DNA of 63,118 bases, counting the filler, from Octopus bimaculoides (Eukaryota), in assembly GCF_001194135.2 (NCBI RefSeq). It is 6 parts of 6 records of this genome, joined end to end, with 100 filler letters (N's around TTAATTAATTAA, not from the genome) between each part and the next. Parts side by side here need not be neighbours in the genome. Positions count along the whole stretch, not along the records: positions 34,263 to 53,338 come from NC_068981.1; positions 53,439 to 57,603 come from NC_068999.1; positions 57,704 to 63,118 come from NC_068991.1; 3 more parts are not named here. The stretch is one strand, 5' to 3'. Shown here one piece after another: positions 49,952 to 63,035 of this stretch. Every line of letters begins with the position of its first letter. Positions within the stretch are counted from its first letter, which is position 1. Below the pieces are notes generated by a model, which saw nothing but the letters and a program-made list of their open reading frames with translations, was not told where the DNA came from and ran no database searches. Position numbers and translations under genes: made by a program.

Positions 49952-50312
49952 AAGAGAGAGAAAGAGAAGAGAGGGAGAGAGAAAGAGAAGAGAGGGAGAG
50001 AGAAAGAGAAGAGAGGGAGAGAGACATAACAAGAGAGAGAAGGAAATTGAGACATACAATTGGAGAAATATATACTCAGAAAAAACTGAGAGAGAAGAAA
50101 GAGTGTTAGCAGGAGAGAGAGGGAGAGGGAGAGAAAGAGAGAGAATACAGAGAAGGAAAGTGTGATATACAATTGGAGAGATAGAGAGAAAAAAACAGAG
50201 AGGGAGAAAGAAGGAAGAGAGTCAGCGGTAGAGAGAGAAAGAGTGAGAAAGAAAGAAAGAGAGAGAGATAGCAACAGAGAGGAGGTAAACGTGAGAACGA
50301 GAGAGACAGAGA
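49755..50312. repeat. (AG)n-rich low-complexity region with 21-nt minisatellite units
   Basis: gagaaagagaagagagggaga repeated about three times near 49960-50020. Similar AG-rich blocks lie at 5330-5520, 21005-21131, 52195-52320 and 53439-53880. Confidence 0.9.
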
Positions 50313-51684
50313 GAGACGCAGTTCGATACCCGTGGGCAATTCTGTTCACTTTCACCTGTCATGGGTTGTGCTGGTAAATGTCTAACGTTGGTTTATACAT
50401 CATATGAAGAAAAACAGAACCATATGTATGTCTGTACGTGTGTGTGTATGTGTACGTGTGTAAGTGTATGTGCGTGTGTGTACACGTGTGTGTATGCGTG
50501 TGCTATGCTTCAGTAAATTATTGGTGTTTAACGAACCAAAGAAGGAAGCGTCTACGCTGTCACTCAAACCGCTTGAAAATAGCAGCCCAATCTCCCTCAG
50601 ACAACACTCTACCATCTGAAACAAGGACGCAGCAGATAAGATAATGGTAGTCCTAGATGTATACTATGTCTGAAAAAAGTAAACTGGCTGGTGATGATGG
50701 TGGTGGTGGTGGTAATGGTGGTGATGGTCACGGATGGAACATCGTCAATCATATTATATAGGCCTACTCGATCATAGCTGACCTGAGGTTGAACAACGGT
50801 AGCGACAACAACAATAATAACGAGAACATCGGCTGGATGTTTATTTATGGACTGTGTATTGCTTGGAGGCAAATCCACAGGGTATTGAACTTACATGTAG
50901 GAGATGAAACTTGAAATACTTTCAAGGCTGTGCAACGCTGTGTTGTCTATTATTTATTGTAAATAATACCGGAGTAGGAGGAAGGGGATGTGTATGTGTG
51001 TGTGTGTGCGTATGAGAGAGAGAGAGAGAGAGTGGGTGGAGAGGAAAGAAGAGAAAGGGGAGGAATTTCTTAATCACCACTGTTGCCAACGTAACCACCA
51101 CCACCATCACCATCACCACCACCACCACCACCAACATCGTGATCATCATCACCACTAGCACCATTATCCTCCTCTTCCCCTTCCTCTTCCTCTTCTTCCA
51201 CTTCCGCTTCATCCTCCTCCTCTTCCTCCTGCTCATCATCGTCGTCGTGACTATTATCATTATCACAACCACTATCATCATCATCGTCATCATCATTCTC
51301 CTCCTCATCTTGCCGTCATCATCATGGTCGTCGCCGTCATCGTCATCATTGTCGTCATCGTCGTTGTCACTATGGCTATCACCATCATCATCCCCACCAT
51401 CACCACCACCATCATCATCATCATCAATCTCGTCGTCGACGTCATCGTCACCATCGTCGTCGTCGTTGTCATCATCATAATCGTCATCGTCATCTCCCCC
51501 CCCCGCCAGTATCATGTCCTGCGTTGCACCGTGGGGCTTATCTGCCTTTGTTCCACCCTTTCAAGCTACCCTCCCGAGGCAACCGTGTAGGTAAGTACAC
51601 AAGTTCGGGGTTAGCTGGAGAGCGGAGTGTGGTGACGCTAATGTCAAATAGACCTCGGGTGGCATGTCTCATTCAGGCGACGAC

Positions 51685-51721
<37 letters not shown>

Positions 51722-53029
51722 TTACGTGTGTCAGTGTGTGTGTTTCTATGTGTCTGTGTTTATGAATGTGTGTACGTGTGTTTGTGTAAGTATCTGTATA
51801 TGTTCAGCTATGTGTAAGTGAATATATGTCTGTATATGTGCGTGCGAACATATCATTATTAGTGTGTGCTTGTACGTGTATCTGTCTAACTTGTGTGTAT
51901 GTGTGTATGCGTATGTGGCCGCATGTATGTCTGCCTGTGTTGTGCGTATGTGTGCGTGTGCGTGTGTGTGTGTGAGTTTCTGCATGCATCTGTGCGCATG
52001 TATGCATGTATATTTCTTGTTTGAGTTTTTATGTGTGCGTGTATGTGTGTGAGTGCGTATATTGTGTGTGTGTGTGTGTGTGTGTGCGTGCGTGTGTGTG
52101 TGGGCAAAAGAGAAGACCCTCCATAAGTAGCTATGTCATTTGTTCTGTACAAACAAGCAAGAAGTATTTTGTAACATATAGATGTGTGTGTGTGAGAGAG
52201 AGAGAGAGAGGGGGAGGGAGGGGGAGGAAAAAGAGGACTAAGTGTGACAGGGGGAAGAGTGAAAGAAAGAGAGGATGAGACAGAATGAGAGAGAATAAGA
52301 GAGAGAGAGATAGAAAGGCAGATATACATACATACCTATATATATCTGTCTATATGTTGCACGTATGTGTGTGTGTATGTGTATATATATATATCAATAT
52401 ATATATGTTATATTTATATCTGTCTGTCTGTATGTATGTATGTATGTATGTATGTATGTATCTATCTTATATATGTTTTATGTGCATATATGTGCATGTT
52501 GCATGTGTATATGTGTGTTTATAGATGTACATACATATATACGTTTTATGTGTGTATGTATTTATATATTTATATATATATGTTAAAGGCGGTGCTCCAG
52601 CATGGCCACAGTACAAATCACTGAAACAAGTAAAAGAATAAAAGAGTGTGCGTGTGTGTGTGTGCTTATGTACATATATATACGTATATATATATATGTA
52701 TATATTTGCATATGTATATATACATATATGTAAATATATATGCAATGTTAAATCTCTGAGCGAGGTATTAACAGTAACTGCCCGACGGGGCTAAAAGCAA
52801 CAGTAACATCCATCCTTAGGGGTCAGCCACATTTAAGTGGCAAATATACTTCACCTTAAATATATATGTATATATATATGTATAGATACACACACACACA
52901 CACAGATAGAGACAAACATTTACATGAGAGAGAGACAAAAAAGAATGAGACTTGGTAAAGAGATGAGGAGACGAAGTGGATGTTAATGGTGCTGTTGTTG
53001 CTGTTGCTGTCGGTGGTGGTGGTCGAAGT

Positions 53030-53290
53030 AGAGGTTAATAAAAAATTATGGGAGCTCCACAGCTGTTAGCGTTGTTTAACCCCAAGTAATAATCTCTGAC
53101 TGAGTATAACAAGCCTCTATGAACGAGGCGTTTCAGCCGTGGTCGTATCGCCTCTATTAAGTGTATCTAGGACTACATTTCTCTAAATATCCTTTCCTTA
53201 TTTCGCAGATGGTGATGACGTGATTCAAGCGAAATTTGACTGCTATTTCTAGAAGATCGAGCGACCACGTAGAAACTTCCTTGTTTGTTT
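53030..53290 (+). mobile_element. Family D dispersed repeat, uninterrupted copy
   Basis: gttgtttaaccccaag..ctaggactacat..aaatttgactgctatttctagaagatcgagcgaccacgtagaaac; related fragments at 18570, 21980, 34450, 35068, 48800 and 49560. Confidence 0.6.
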
Positions 53291-53438
53291 GTCTCCATTG
53301 TAGTAGGGGTTCATGTTGCTGATGATGCTCTTGCTGGTNNNNNNNNNNNNNNNNNNNNNNNNNNNNNNNNNNNNNNNNNNNNTTAATTAATTAANNNNNN
53401 NNNNNNNNNNNNNNNNNNNNNNNNNNNNNNNNNNNNNN

Positions 53439-53489
<51 letters not shown>

Positions 53490-53830
53490 AGAGAGAGAGA
53501 AAGAAAGTGTGAGAGAGGAGAGAGAGAGAGAAAGAAAGTGTGAGAGAGGAGAGAGAGAGAGAGAGTAAAAGAGAGAGAGAGAGAGTAAAAGAAACAGAGT
53601 AAAAGAGACAGAGAGAGAGAGAGAGTAAAAGAGAGAGAAAGAAAGGGTGAGAGAGGAGAGAGAGAGAGAGGCAGACAGAAAAAAGAGAAGGAAAAGAGCA
53701 AGAAAGAGAGGGAGAGAGAGAGCAGAAGAGAGAGATAGAAAGAAAGAGGGGGGAGAAAGAGAGAGAGGAGAGAGAGAGAAAAAGATAGAGCAAGAATGAA
53801 AAGAGAGAGTGAAAGAAAAGAGAGAAAGGG

Positions 53831-53926
<96 letters not shown>

Positions 53927-54200
53927 GTTTCAATAGGCTGCAAGAGCAAAGTATGGAGATAAAACAGTTGTAACGCATGGCATGAGGGGAGATAATTTGG
54001 TGATCTGAAGCGAGGATGGCCACGAGAACATGCAGGAGTGGATAAGAGTATTAACGGGTAATAAATGGCTAGCAAATGGGATGGTTCTGGGTAGAAGGAA
54101 ATAAAGTAGTATAGGGATGGTGGGGCTGAGGGAGAAGCTACAATGGAGGATGTGGTGCGGGGGAGGACAACATGAGGCTGAGAATTGATTGATTAGGGTG

Positions 54201-54235
<35 letters not shown>

Positions 54236-54268
54236 GTGTGTATATACATACACACACACACACACACT

Positions 54269-54332
<64 letters not shown>

Positions 54333-54337
<5 letters not shown>

Positions 54338-54555
54338 TTTTATTCTTTTACTTGTTTCAGTCATGTGGTTGTGGTCATGCTGCAGCACTGCCATTTTAGT
54401 TGAAGAAATCAACCCAGGACTTATTCTTTGTAAACCTGCTACTTATTCTACTGGTATCTTTTGCCAAACCGCCATGTCATGAGGCACGTAAACACACCAA
54501 CATCAGTTGTCAAGCAATGGTGGGAGGGACAAACACAGACACAAAGACACACACA
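54333..54555 (-). mobile_element. SINE family A 3' half
   Basis: ttcttttacttgtttcagtcatg..ccaggacttattctttgtaaacc..ggacaaacacagacacaaa. Confidence 0.85.
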
Positions 54556-54572
54556 TAAATATATATATTATA

Positions 54573-55018
54573 TATATATCAATTAGAAAATGGAGGATAA
54601 TATACTGAACCGAACGACTTGCAGGCAGTGTATCCCGTTGAATTCATTAACTGAATTCGTAACTAAAGTGACAAAAAACCACAAAGTACAAGTGTTTATG
54701 ACAAACCATGTTATATTGACAACCGGGTTTACAAATAAAAGTACATAACGAATTTGAGATTAAGTTTATGTTTATTCTCAAATTCCTAATGTACTTTTAT
54801 TTGTAAACCCGGTTGTCAATATAACATGGTTTGTCATAAACACTTGTACTTTGTGGTTTTTTTCTCACNNNNNNNNNNACATGGTTTGTCATAAACACTT
54901 GTACTTTGTGGTTTTTTTCTCACTTTAGTTACAAATTAAGTTAATGAATTCAACGGGATACACTGTCTGCAAGTCGTTGGGTTCAGTATATTATCCTCCA
55001 TTTTCTAATTGATATATA
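54573..55018. mobile_element. Near-perfect fold-back element (arms ~190-200 bp, TA-flanked)
   Basis: tata|TCAATTAGAAAATGGAGGATAATATACTGAACC...GAATTTGAGA, loop of about 15 nt, TCTCAAATTC...GGTTCAGTATATTATCCTCCATTTTCTAATTGA|tata. Confidence 0.88.
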
Positions 55019-55168
55019 AATTCAGGGTAACCGCCCACCCCTTTTACCCACTCCCACTTATTACACTTGGTATAACACTAGTGTAACAATAATTGGGTAC
55101 CCTCCCAGCAGTATATTGGATAGATACATCCCTTAGTGGGTTGAATCCTCAACCCCTAACTCCCTTGC

Positions 55169-55237
<69 letters not shown>

Positions 55238-55289
55238 CACATATACATATATATATACTTAAAATATATATTAGGTGTGAAAATATATA

Positions 55290-55402
55290 CAGGCGCAGGT
55301 GTGACTGAGTGGTAAGAGGTTTGCTTCCCAAATACATCGTTTAATGTTCATCCCCACTGCGTGGCACCTCGGGCAAGTGTTTTCCACTATTGCCTTGGAC
55401 TG
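55290..55402 (+). mobile_element. SINE family A head (cut by a gap)
   Basis: aggcgcaggtgtgactgagtggtaag..ccccactgcgtggcacctcgggcaagtg. Confidence 0.8.
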
Positions 55403-55445
55403 NNNNNNNNNNATACATATATACACACATACGTACGTACATACA

Positions 55446-56572
55446 CAGTGCCAGTTCTCATACTAACATTTGGGCTGCTTGATCGGACACATGACGAGAT
55501 CTGAGCCATTGATGTGAAAACCTGAAAACATATCATCAGATGAAAGGATGAGCCTATATGAGTAGAAGACTATGCATGGATGTATTAGTAGAAAGCTCCA
55601 ATATGATAGCAGCATTGATCATGAAAAAGCAGCCTATCATGGACCAATAGCTGGATTACTACCTCCCATTTTGAAGGGTATACATTTGCAATCCAAGAAC
55701 AGGATATCAACAAGTACCTGATGCACAAAAGGGATAGAAATGTAGGAAAAGCAGTAAAATGTGACAACTGATGCAGACTTTGTGAAGTACACAGTGAAGA
55801 TATTACCCACATCATAACCAGTTGTCCAAAAATGTCACCACGGCATTATCTACTGATGAGACATGATGTTGTAGCTAGGACACTCTATAATGGAATCTGT
55901 TGGAAGGATAACCCTGAGGACAAAGAAATAAGTACCTGCAATATGGTAGAAGCCATAGCCACTCATAATAAAAAGGAGTACTAGTGGAATGTCCCAGCGA
56001 AGACCTCAATAAAATGTAAGCACAACAGACCTGATATAATGATTTAGGATAAAGAGAAACTGTGCACAGTTGTGGAAATTAGCCACCCAGTGGATATTAA
56101 CATAAAGCTGAAGATCAATGGAAAAGAGAACACCTACGCTGAACTATTGAGAAATCTGTAGTTACTCTATCCAGATTACAAATTCAGGTTTAAACCTCTA
56201 ATTACTGGAGCCCTGGGATATGTAACACACTGCCTGAATACCAATCTTCTTAAAACCAAAAAGGAGAAAACTAATTCGAAGACTACAAATCCAATCCATC
56301 ACTGGAACTGTAAAAATCTGTAAAACTTTCCAAAAGTTTATCATTTAAATATATATGAGCATGTCTAGATATGCAACTATATGCATGAAAATACATACAT
56401 AAAGCAAAACATACAAATTTGCACATATATATAAATACATACATATATACATTCATACAAACAAAAATACCCTGTTGTTTATGTTGAATTCCAATGAAGG
56501 AGCCTTGGATCTAGGTTAGAAACTGGCTCTTTCTCTACTGGCAAGAAATCTTGAAATAAAACTGAACAATGA
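55446..56572 (+). mobile_element. R4/Dong-like non-LTR retrotransposon 3' portion (CCHC knuckle + restriction-like endonuclease), pseudogenised
   Basis: PVLILTFGLL..IDVKT...SHFEGYTFAIQEQ..KYLMHKR..CRLCEVHSEDITHIITSC..RHDVVA...HNRPDIMI..CTVVEIS.P.DINI..KENTYAELLR..PLITGALG, with stops and frameshifts; followed by a 3' UTR. Confidence 0.88.
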
Positions 56573-56651
56573 CATACATGCATACATACATACATACATA
56601 CATACATACAAGCCAATTTAGCCTCTTTCGCCTTCCCTTGGTGTACCTCTT

Positions 56652-56884
56652 CTAATTTACTAAAGACACTGTAAGGATTTTGTGATATTGTTAATTTGGA
56701 TAGCACAGGCTTACATATACTGACTTACTTGAAGACACTTTTCTACTGCATGGGCTTTAACTACTATGACTACTATGGATTTCATTAAGAAGTCAAGAGA
56801 CCCTGCTAAGCGCAGACCATAGTAGATAAAGCCCAAACAAATTAACAATATCACAAAATCCTTAGAGCGTCTTTAGTAAATTAG
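56652..56884. mobile_element. MITE with ~47-bp terminal inverted repeats
   Basis: CTAATTTACTAAAGACACTGTAAGGATTTTGTGATATTGTTAATTTG ... CAAATTAACAATATCACAAAATCCTTAGAGCGTCTTTAGTAAATTAG (2 mismatches). Confidence 0.78.
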
Positions 56885-56927
56885 TAAATATATACATATT
56901 TAGTAAATATGTATGTATATAATATAT

Positions 56928-57062
56928 AGGGCATCCAGTTGTAGAAACTCTGCCAAATTTAGATTGGAGCCTGGTGTTGCCATCCGGTTTCACCAGTCCT
57001 CAGTCAAATCGTCCAACCCATACTAGCATGGAAAGCGGACGTTAAACGATGATGATGATGAT
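56928..57062 (+). mobile_element. Retroposon 3' tail ending in (GAT)n (LINE/SINE, possibly RTE-related)
   Basis: gggcatccagttgtagaaac..gtccaacccatactagcatggaaagcggacgttaaacgatgatgatg; an inverted partial match (ttccatgctggcatgg) sits inside the Helitron near 10215. Confidence 0.6.
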
Positions 57063-57068
57063 ATATAT

Positions 57069-57176
<108 letters not shown>

Positions 57177-57707
57177 AACTTACTTGGAAAAGGATGCGTG
57201 GCATTCAATCATATAATAATATAAATAATATATATATATGCATATATCCATACATATATATACATACCTCCATCTATATGTATACAGGGACAGGGACAAC
57301 TGACGAAGGGATATGCTCTTTATGTTGCATGTCTCGTTTCTCTTTTTGCTTTTTTTCGTTGTTCGAAAAAAGTTTGTTTTCTGTTTCCGTTTTTCACTGT
57401 GTTTAACGTTTTTTTTTATGTCCTGTACCCATATATGCATGTATGTATACACATAGATGTAAGTATGTACATATATGTATGGATATATGCATATGTCTAT
57501 ATATTTATATTATATATATGTATGTATGTAATGTATACATATACATAATATAAATATATACATAATATATATACATATACATATATATATATATATATAT
57601 ATANNNNNNNNNNNNNNNNNNNNNNNNNNNNNNNNNNNNNNNNNNNNTTAATTAATTAANNNNNNNNNNNNNNNNNNNNNNNNNNNNNNNNNNNNNNNNN
57701 NNNTATC

Positions 57708-57747
57708 GGCCATGACGAAGGGAAATAGCCCTGAAACTCGAGTCGCC
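57708..57747 (+). ncRNA. Minimal type I hammerhead ribozyme variant (PLE pLTR-like context)
   Basis: GGC C[A]TGACGA AGGG-aaatag-CCCT GAAAC-TCGA-GT C GCC: all three stems pair, palindromic stem III ACTCGAGT, GUC triplet, one extra A in the core. A half-copy ctgacgaaggg lies at 57299. Confidence 0.7.
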
Positions 57748-58752
57748 TTTATATATATATATTTATATTTATATATTTATATATTTGATCCTTTATATTG
57801 AACACTCAATATTTCATCTACATTCAATACTTTCTTTCATAGTGCCATCCATTTTTATTTTATTTTATTTTATATTGTATATTGTATATTATATTATATA
57901 TTGTATATTCCATATTCTATACCCCACATTAGTTCTGCAGGAATATAAATAAAACATAAAAAACAGACAGTGTTGGAACTCTTTTAAACAAAATAATATA
58001 TATATGCATGTATGTAATGTATGCATACATACATACATAAAGACAGAAAGAAACAAGCTAACAAACAAAAATTCAAGGCAAGAAGCGTAAGAGTAATTTG
58101 TGATGCAATATCAATGTTGTTGTTTACATTACCTTGCTACTTATACTAAAGTCTATAATACGTGTGACTGATTTATTAAAGACGGCAATAATCGTAGATG
58201 ATAATACAATAATACTATGTTATTTCAATAATATTAACTAGATCATTATTCTTGTACTTGACATAATGAACGTCATTCATTTGAGATCTGGCTTCTGTAG
58301 GTATTTCTGACAGTATGGTTAGTGTCAGTTTTTTAAGCTGAGTTAGTATTGAATTATTGGAAGTAGTAGTAAAGCCATTAACACAAGTATGCTCAGAGAT
58401 TCAGTGTGTTCTGACGATGCACGTTGTGAGCAGTTGTCAGAACCATTCGGAAAAAAGAAACTGGAGAATAAGATGTTTGTAAGAAAAAAAGTAATGTCAC
58501 CAGATTACGTAAAAGCCTATTAAAAGACAGGTAAAGACACGTCTGAAGATAATAATAAATAAGACGCTGATATTAGTAAATGACATTATGTGAACATTAC
58601 GGTTTCGTAGTCATGTCATAGAATTATTCAAGTAGACATATTTATAGTCGATACAGTATAGAGTGTCTGAAACCAGTTCGTAATTCTTTTTTTATATAGC
58701 AATGAAAAATTATCCACCATGGGTTATGGTCAAGAAGATACGTATACGGTTA

Positions 58753-58799
58753 AAGAAGAAGAAGAAGAAGAAGAAGAAGAAGAAGAAGAAGAAGAAGAA
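58753..58799. repeat. (GAA)n microsatellite
   Basis: Directly visible. Confidence 0.97.
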
Positions 58800-61121
58800 T
58801 GTTACGTACATATGCATATTAATTGCATATGTACGTAACATACACGGCTACAATTATTAGGATACTCCTTTTTAGTTGTTCATTTTTATTATTCATCGTT
58901 CTTTTAGGGCTATAAGAAAGATAATGAACCAGAAAGAGAATGTAGTTGAAGGAGGAAAATAGAAGAAAAAGAAGTATGAGATGATGAAAGAAAGAACTTA
59001 CAGCCAATGATATTTCTATCCATCCACAAAATTACTGCAAGATATAACTGACAGATTCCTTATGGATACCTAGCTACCAATAGAAAATTCTTAACACATA
59101 GTGATGGCAGAATAATACTATTTTGAAGATAATTTGTATTTCGTTTAACGTACAATATATTATATTTACAGTTGTTGCTAGTGGTTATAGCCTGCTATTG
59201 AGCAGGCTATAACGATTGAGCATATTTATGTCCAAAAGCGTTGCATTTGTGAAAATCTCATTATAGTCAGAACGAAACTAGTTGTCCTATATGATGTTTA
59301 TTTCTTAGAATCGTTTGATGTATATTTAGAAAGGAATTTGGAAGCTGCTTACTTGATACTATCAATTTTAATAATTCCATAGTACTTCATTTTATCGATT
59401 GCCTAAAAGAGATATGCAAATATGGCAACGAAAGATTTTGGAAACAGAACGTAGAGAAATGAAATTATCGCAAGGCGTTTTTCTGAAGCCCTAATGATTC
59501 TATTAGCCATTCAATTCTTCGGTTTACTAAAGAATGAGAACTTTATTACGAGCTTTATTAGTCATATCAATCTCTTGATTCATCTTTCAATATATCGACT
59601 TGGAGACTACATGGGTCATTTTTGTCTTTATCTTTGCTGGCCCAGTGTAGTAAACCTTCACTTAGCTCAGGCATAGTTGTCTGGTTAAAAATTGTGCCTA
59701 ACAAATATGTGACTACTGTACCTATTTTTTGGTCCGGCACACTGGATATTGTTATTCTATTGTAGCCTTGGGTCAAATAAAATTTTCTGAGTAAAACTGG
59801 GCACAGAGTGGATCATTAGAAATAATTGGAGGGATTCTTCTTGTACTTAGTTGGCTGACAGTGTCCGTTGCCTCTCTTGATATTACCACCTGGCCATTTG
59901 CAATCTGTGTCGGTATACATGCAGTACAAAGAACTGAGTGTAATTCTTAGATTTGGGTATAAATTACTTGTTCAGTCCTACCAAGTTCTGACGTCATGGT
60001 CATGTTTGTGATGTTGTTCTTTCACTGCTTATCAAACGAGACTGAAAGAATGGCATCAATGTGTTTTTAAGCAGGAAACATACCCGAGTCAACGACCTAG
60101 TTGCTAGAAATATCAGTTTCTTAAATTACAGCAATTCTACAATCTCTTGATTAAAACTAAAGAGCAATTATCAAGTAACGATGTATTTTTATCAATTATT
60201 GATATTAAAGTACCACGCATAACTGTGTGCAATTGATACATCTATCGAGACAAAAAATTTCTAAAATGGTGTACAGTTCCATCGACAAATGTCCTAACAT
60301 TGCAAATTAGTTGAATTATTCCAATTAATTAGAAGTTTTTGTATAGTTTAGCTGATTATGATACCATCTTAGAATCACTCCAAATGAAATTAATCATAAT
60401 TTATTAACTCAATACTGTGACTTTCCTGTTATCTCATTCGAATATCTTCAAATATACGACATTAAATATCTTGAGAATACGAATATAATTTGGCCTACAC
60501 GATAACCTTGAGTAAAATGAATGCATTAAATAAATGTCGAAGTCTCATTTTACAAACAAAAATAGTGATTAATTTTCGTTATATATAAAAATTATTTTAT
60601 AAAAATTAGTTTGTACACTTGATTTAGGAATGGAATAAATGACTCTGTTTTATTGAGATATAACACTTTACTTCAATAAAAAAAAATAATCGAGTAAAAG
60701 TTACATTTAGAAAAAGAGATTTTTCTCCACCTTTGTGTGCATCTACATATTAATTAATACATATTATATACGTCTACATATTAATTAGTACACATGATGT
60801 AAGGTCAAATACTCTATTGAAGTGAATTCCCCCCACCACCACCGCTACTGATTGATATAATTAAATTATATTAATGGGTACTTTGATAACTGGGCCTTTG
60901 TGCTACAGCAATTATTGATTCTCCCTTAATATAGCTTAGGTCGTGGCATACGACGTTGCTTGCGAATCTACATCTCGCAGACTACAACTCATGTCCTTCC
61001 GTTATCAGAGTTAATAATACGTGATATCTTCCAGAGTGAAAGAAACGGGCAAAGACAAACACAGAAAGAGGTACAGAGTGGCAAACAAAGAGTGGGGGAG
61101 AGAGAGGCTGAGAGCGAAAGG

Positions 61122-61196
61122 GAAGAAGAAGAAGAAGAAGAAGAAGAAGAAGAAGAAGAAGAAGAAGAAGAAGAAGAAGAAGAAGAAGAAGAAGAA
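61122..61196. repeat. (GAA)n microsatellite
   Basis: Directly visible. Confidence 0.97.
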
Positions 61197-62579
61197 TCAC
61201 GCAACCCGAATTTTAGGTTATCAACACTGTCAAATTCCAGACTAACACCGAAATTCTTCAAGTGTAGAATATCCTGCTTCTACGACGGTAAAAGTATTGT
61301 GTAGCGGTGCTATTGATAGACCGATTATTGCGTTAGTTATTTGGAGATAGGAAACAAAATAAAAGCTTCATTGTCGTTGTGAATAGTCGCCAAACTGAAT
61401 AAAAACTGATATACGTTATTGAGATAGTATTAAATTGAAATAGACACCTATTACAAATTGTACGCTTCCCGGGTTATTATTCGCCAGGACTGTGATTTGC
61501 AACATCAGTGAATGATGTATTCATTACACAGTACATCAGACAGGAAGACGTTTCGATGGAAAAAAGTGACTGACTGTGACCAGACTTCATTGAAAAGGCT
61601 CAAAAAAGGCGAAATGTTTCCTGCGTTTCATTTCACTCCGACATTTATTTGCTTTTAAGAGTATATTTTATCTCAGAACAAATGCTGCAGCCCTAGACTA
61701 TCAGAGCTGTACATACCTTAATTATAACACATAGATTACTATTTCGATTTAATATTACCNNNNNNNNNNNNNNNNNNNNNNNNNNNNNNNNNNNNNNNNN
61801 NNNNNNNNNNNNNNNNNNNNNNNNNNNNNNNNNNNNNNNNNNNNNNNNNNNNNNNNNNNNNNNNNNNNNNNNNNNNNNNNNNNNNNNNNNNNNNNNNNNN
61901 NNNNNNNNNNNNNNNNNNNNNNNNNNNNNNNNNNNNNNNNNNNNNNNNNNNNNNNNNNNNNNNNNNNNNNNNNNNNNNNNNNNNNNNNNNNNNNNNNNNN
62001 NNNNNNNNNNNNNNNNNNNNNNNNNNNNNNNNNNNNNNNNNNNNNNNNNNNNNNNNNNNNNNNNNNNNNNNNNNNNNNNNNNNNNNNNNNNNNNNNNNNN
62101 NNNNNNNNNNNNNNNNNNNNNNNNNNNNNNNNNNNNNNNNNNNNNNNNNNNNNNNNNNNNNNNNNNNNNNNNNNNNNNNNNNNNNNNNNNNNNNNNNNNN
62201 NNNNNNNNNNNNNNNNNNNNNNNNNNNNNNNNNNNNNNNNNNNNNNNNNNNNNNNNNNNNNNNNNNNNNNNNNNNNNNNNNNNNNNNNNNNNNNNNNNNN
62301 NNNNNNNNNNNNNNNNNNNNNNNNNNNNNNNNNNNNNNNNNNNNNNNNNNNNNNNNNNNNNNNNNNNNNNNNNNNNNNNNNNNNNNNNNNNNNNNNNNNN
62401 NNNNNNNNNNNNNNNNNNNNNNNNNNNNNNNNNNNNNNNNNNNNNNNNNNNNNNNNNNNNNNNNNNNNNNNNNNNNNTATATATATATTTATATATATAC
62501 AATTTAAACCTTGGGAGAGGCATTATGCCGGTAATAAACACACGCACTGGTTCAGTCCTTTATTAATTTATATAGTTTT

Positions 62580-63035
62580 TTGTTGAAAAGTACTAAGTTG
62601 AGGATAAATGTTATAGAAAAACCAGTGAGTTCCATTAGATCAATAATATGTAAAACATATCCCTTCAGAAGGACAAAGTGTGTAGAAGAGAATTGCATTG
62701 TGTGCAAATATAGTCCTGGTATGAACTGCAAAGCCAGAAATGTGGTCTACAAAATAAGCTGTATGGATGGTGATTGTAAAAACAGAACCACGACATACAT
62801 AGGTGAAACGGCAAGAAGTTTGGCTGAGCGTGCAAATGAACATTGGAAGGACTATAATAATCAAAAACAAACCTCGGTGCTCTACCAGCATGCCAAAGAA
62901 CAACATGGTGGTGTACTGGACCGAATTAGCATAGAAATCCTGTCTAGACACCCCGGTGACGCATCGTTGCGACAAATACAGGAGTCGGTCCTCATAACTG
63001 AAACGCGAGCAATTTTGAACACCAAATACACGTAG
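62580..63035 (+). mobile_element. PLE C-terminal GIY-YIG endonuclease ORF (5'-truncated element)
   Basis: PFRRTKCVEENCIVC...CKARNVVYKISC..C..TYIGETARSLAERANEH...SVLYQHAKEQH...LRQIQESVLI...LNTK: Cys-rich linker, VVY...YIG, catalytic R, E and N positions. Confidence 0.9.

Noticed and set aside
54824-54923. 45-nt direct repeat around a 10-N gap
   Set aside because: It is an unmerged contig overlap (assembly artefact).
56960-57010. Minus-strand CTGAGGA CTGGT GAAA CCGG as a hammerhead
   Set aside because: No stem II pair, and G at the cleavage position; it is part of a retroposon tail.
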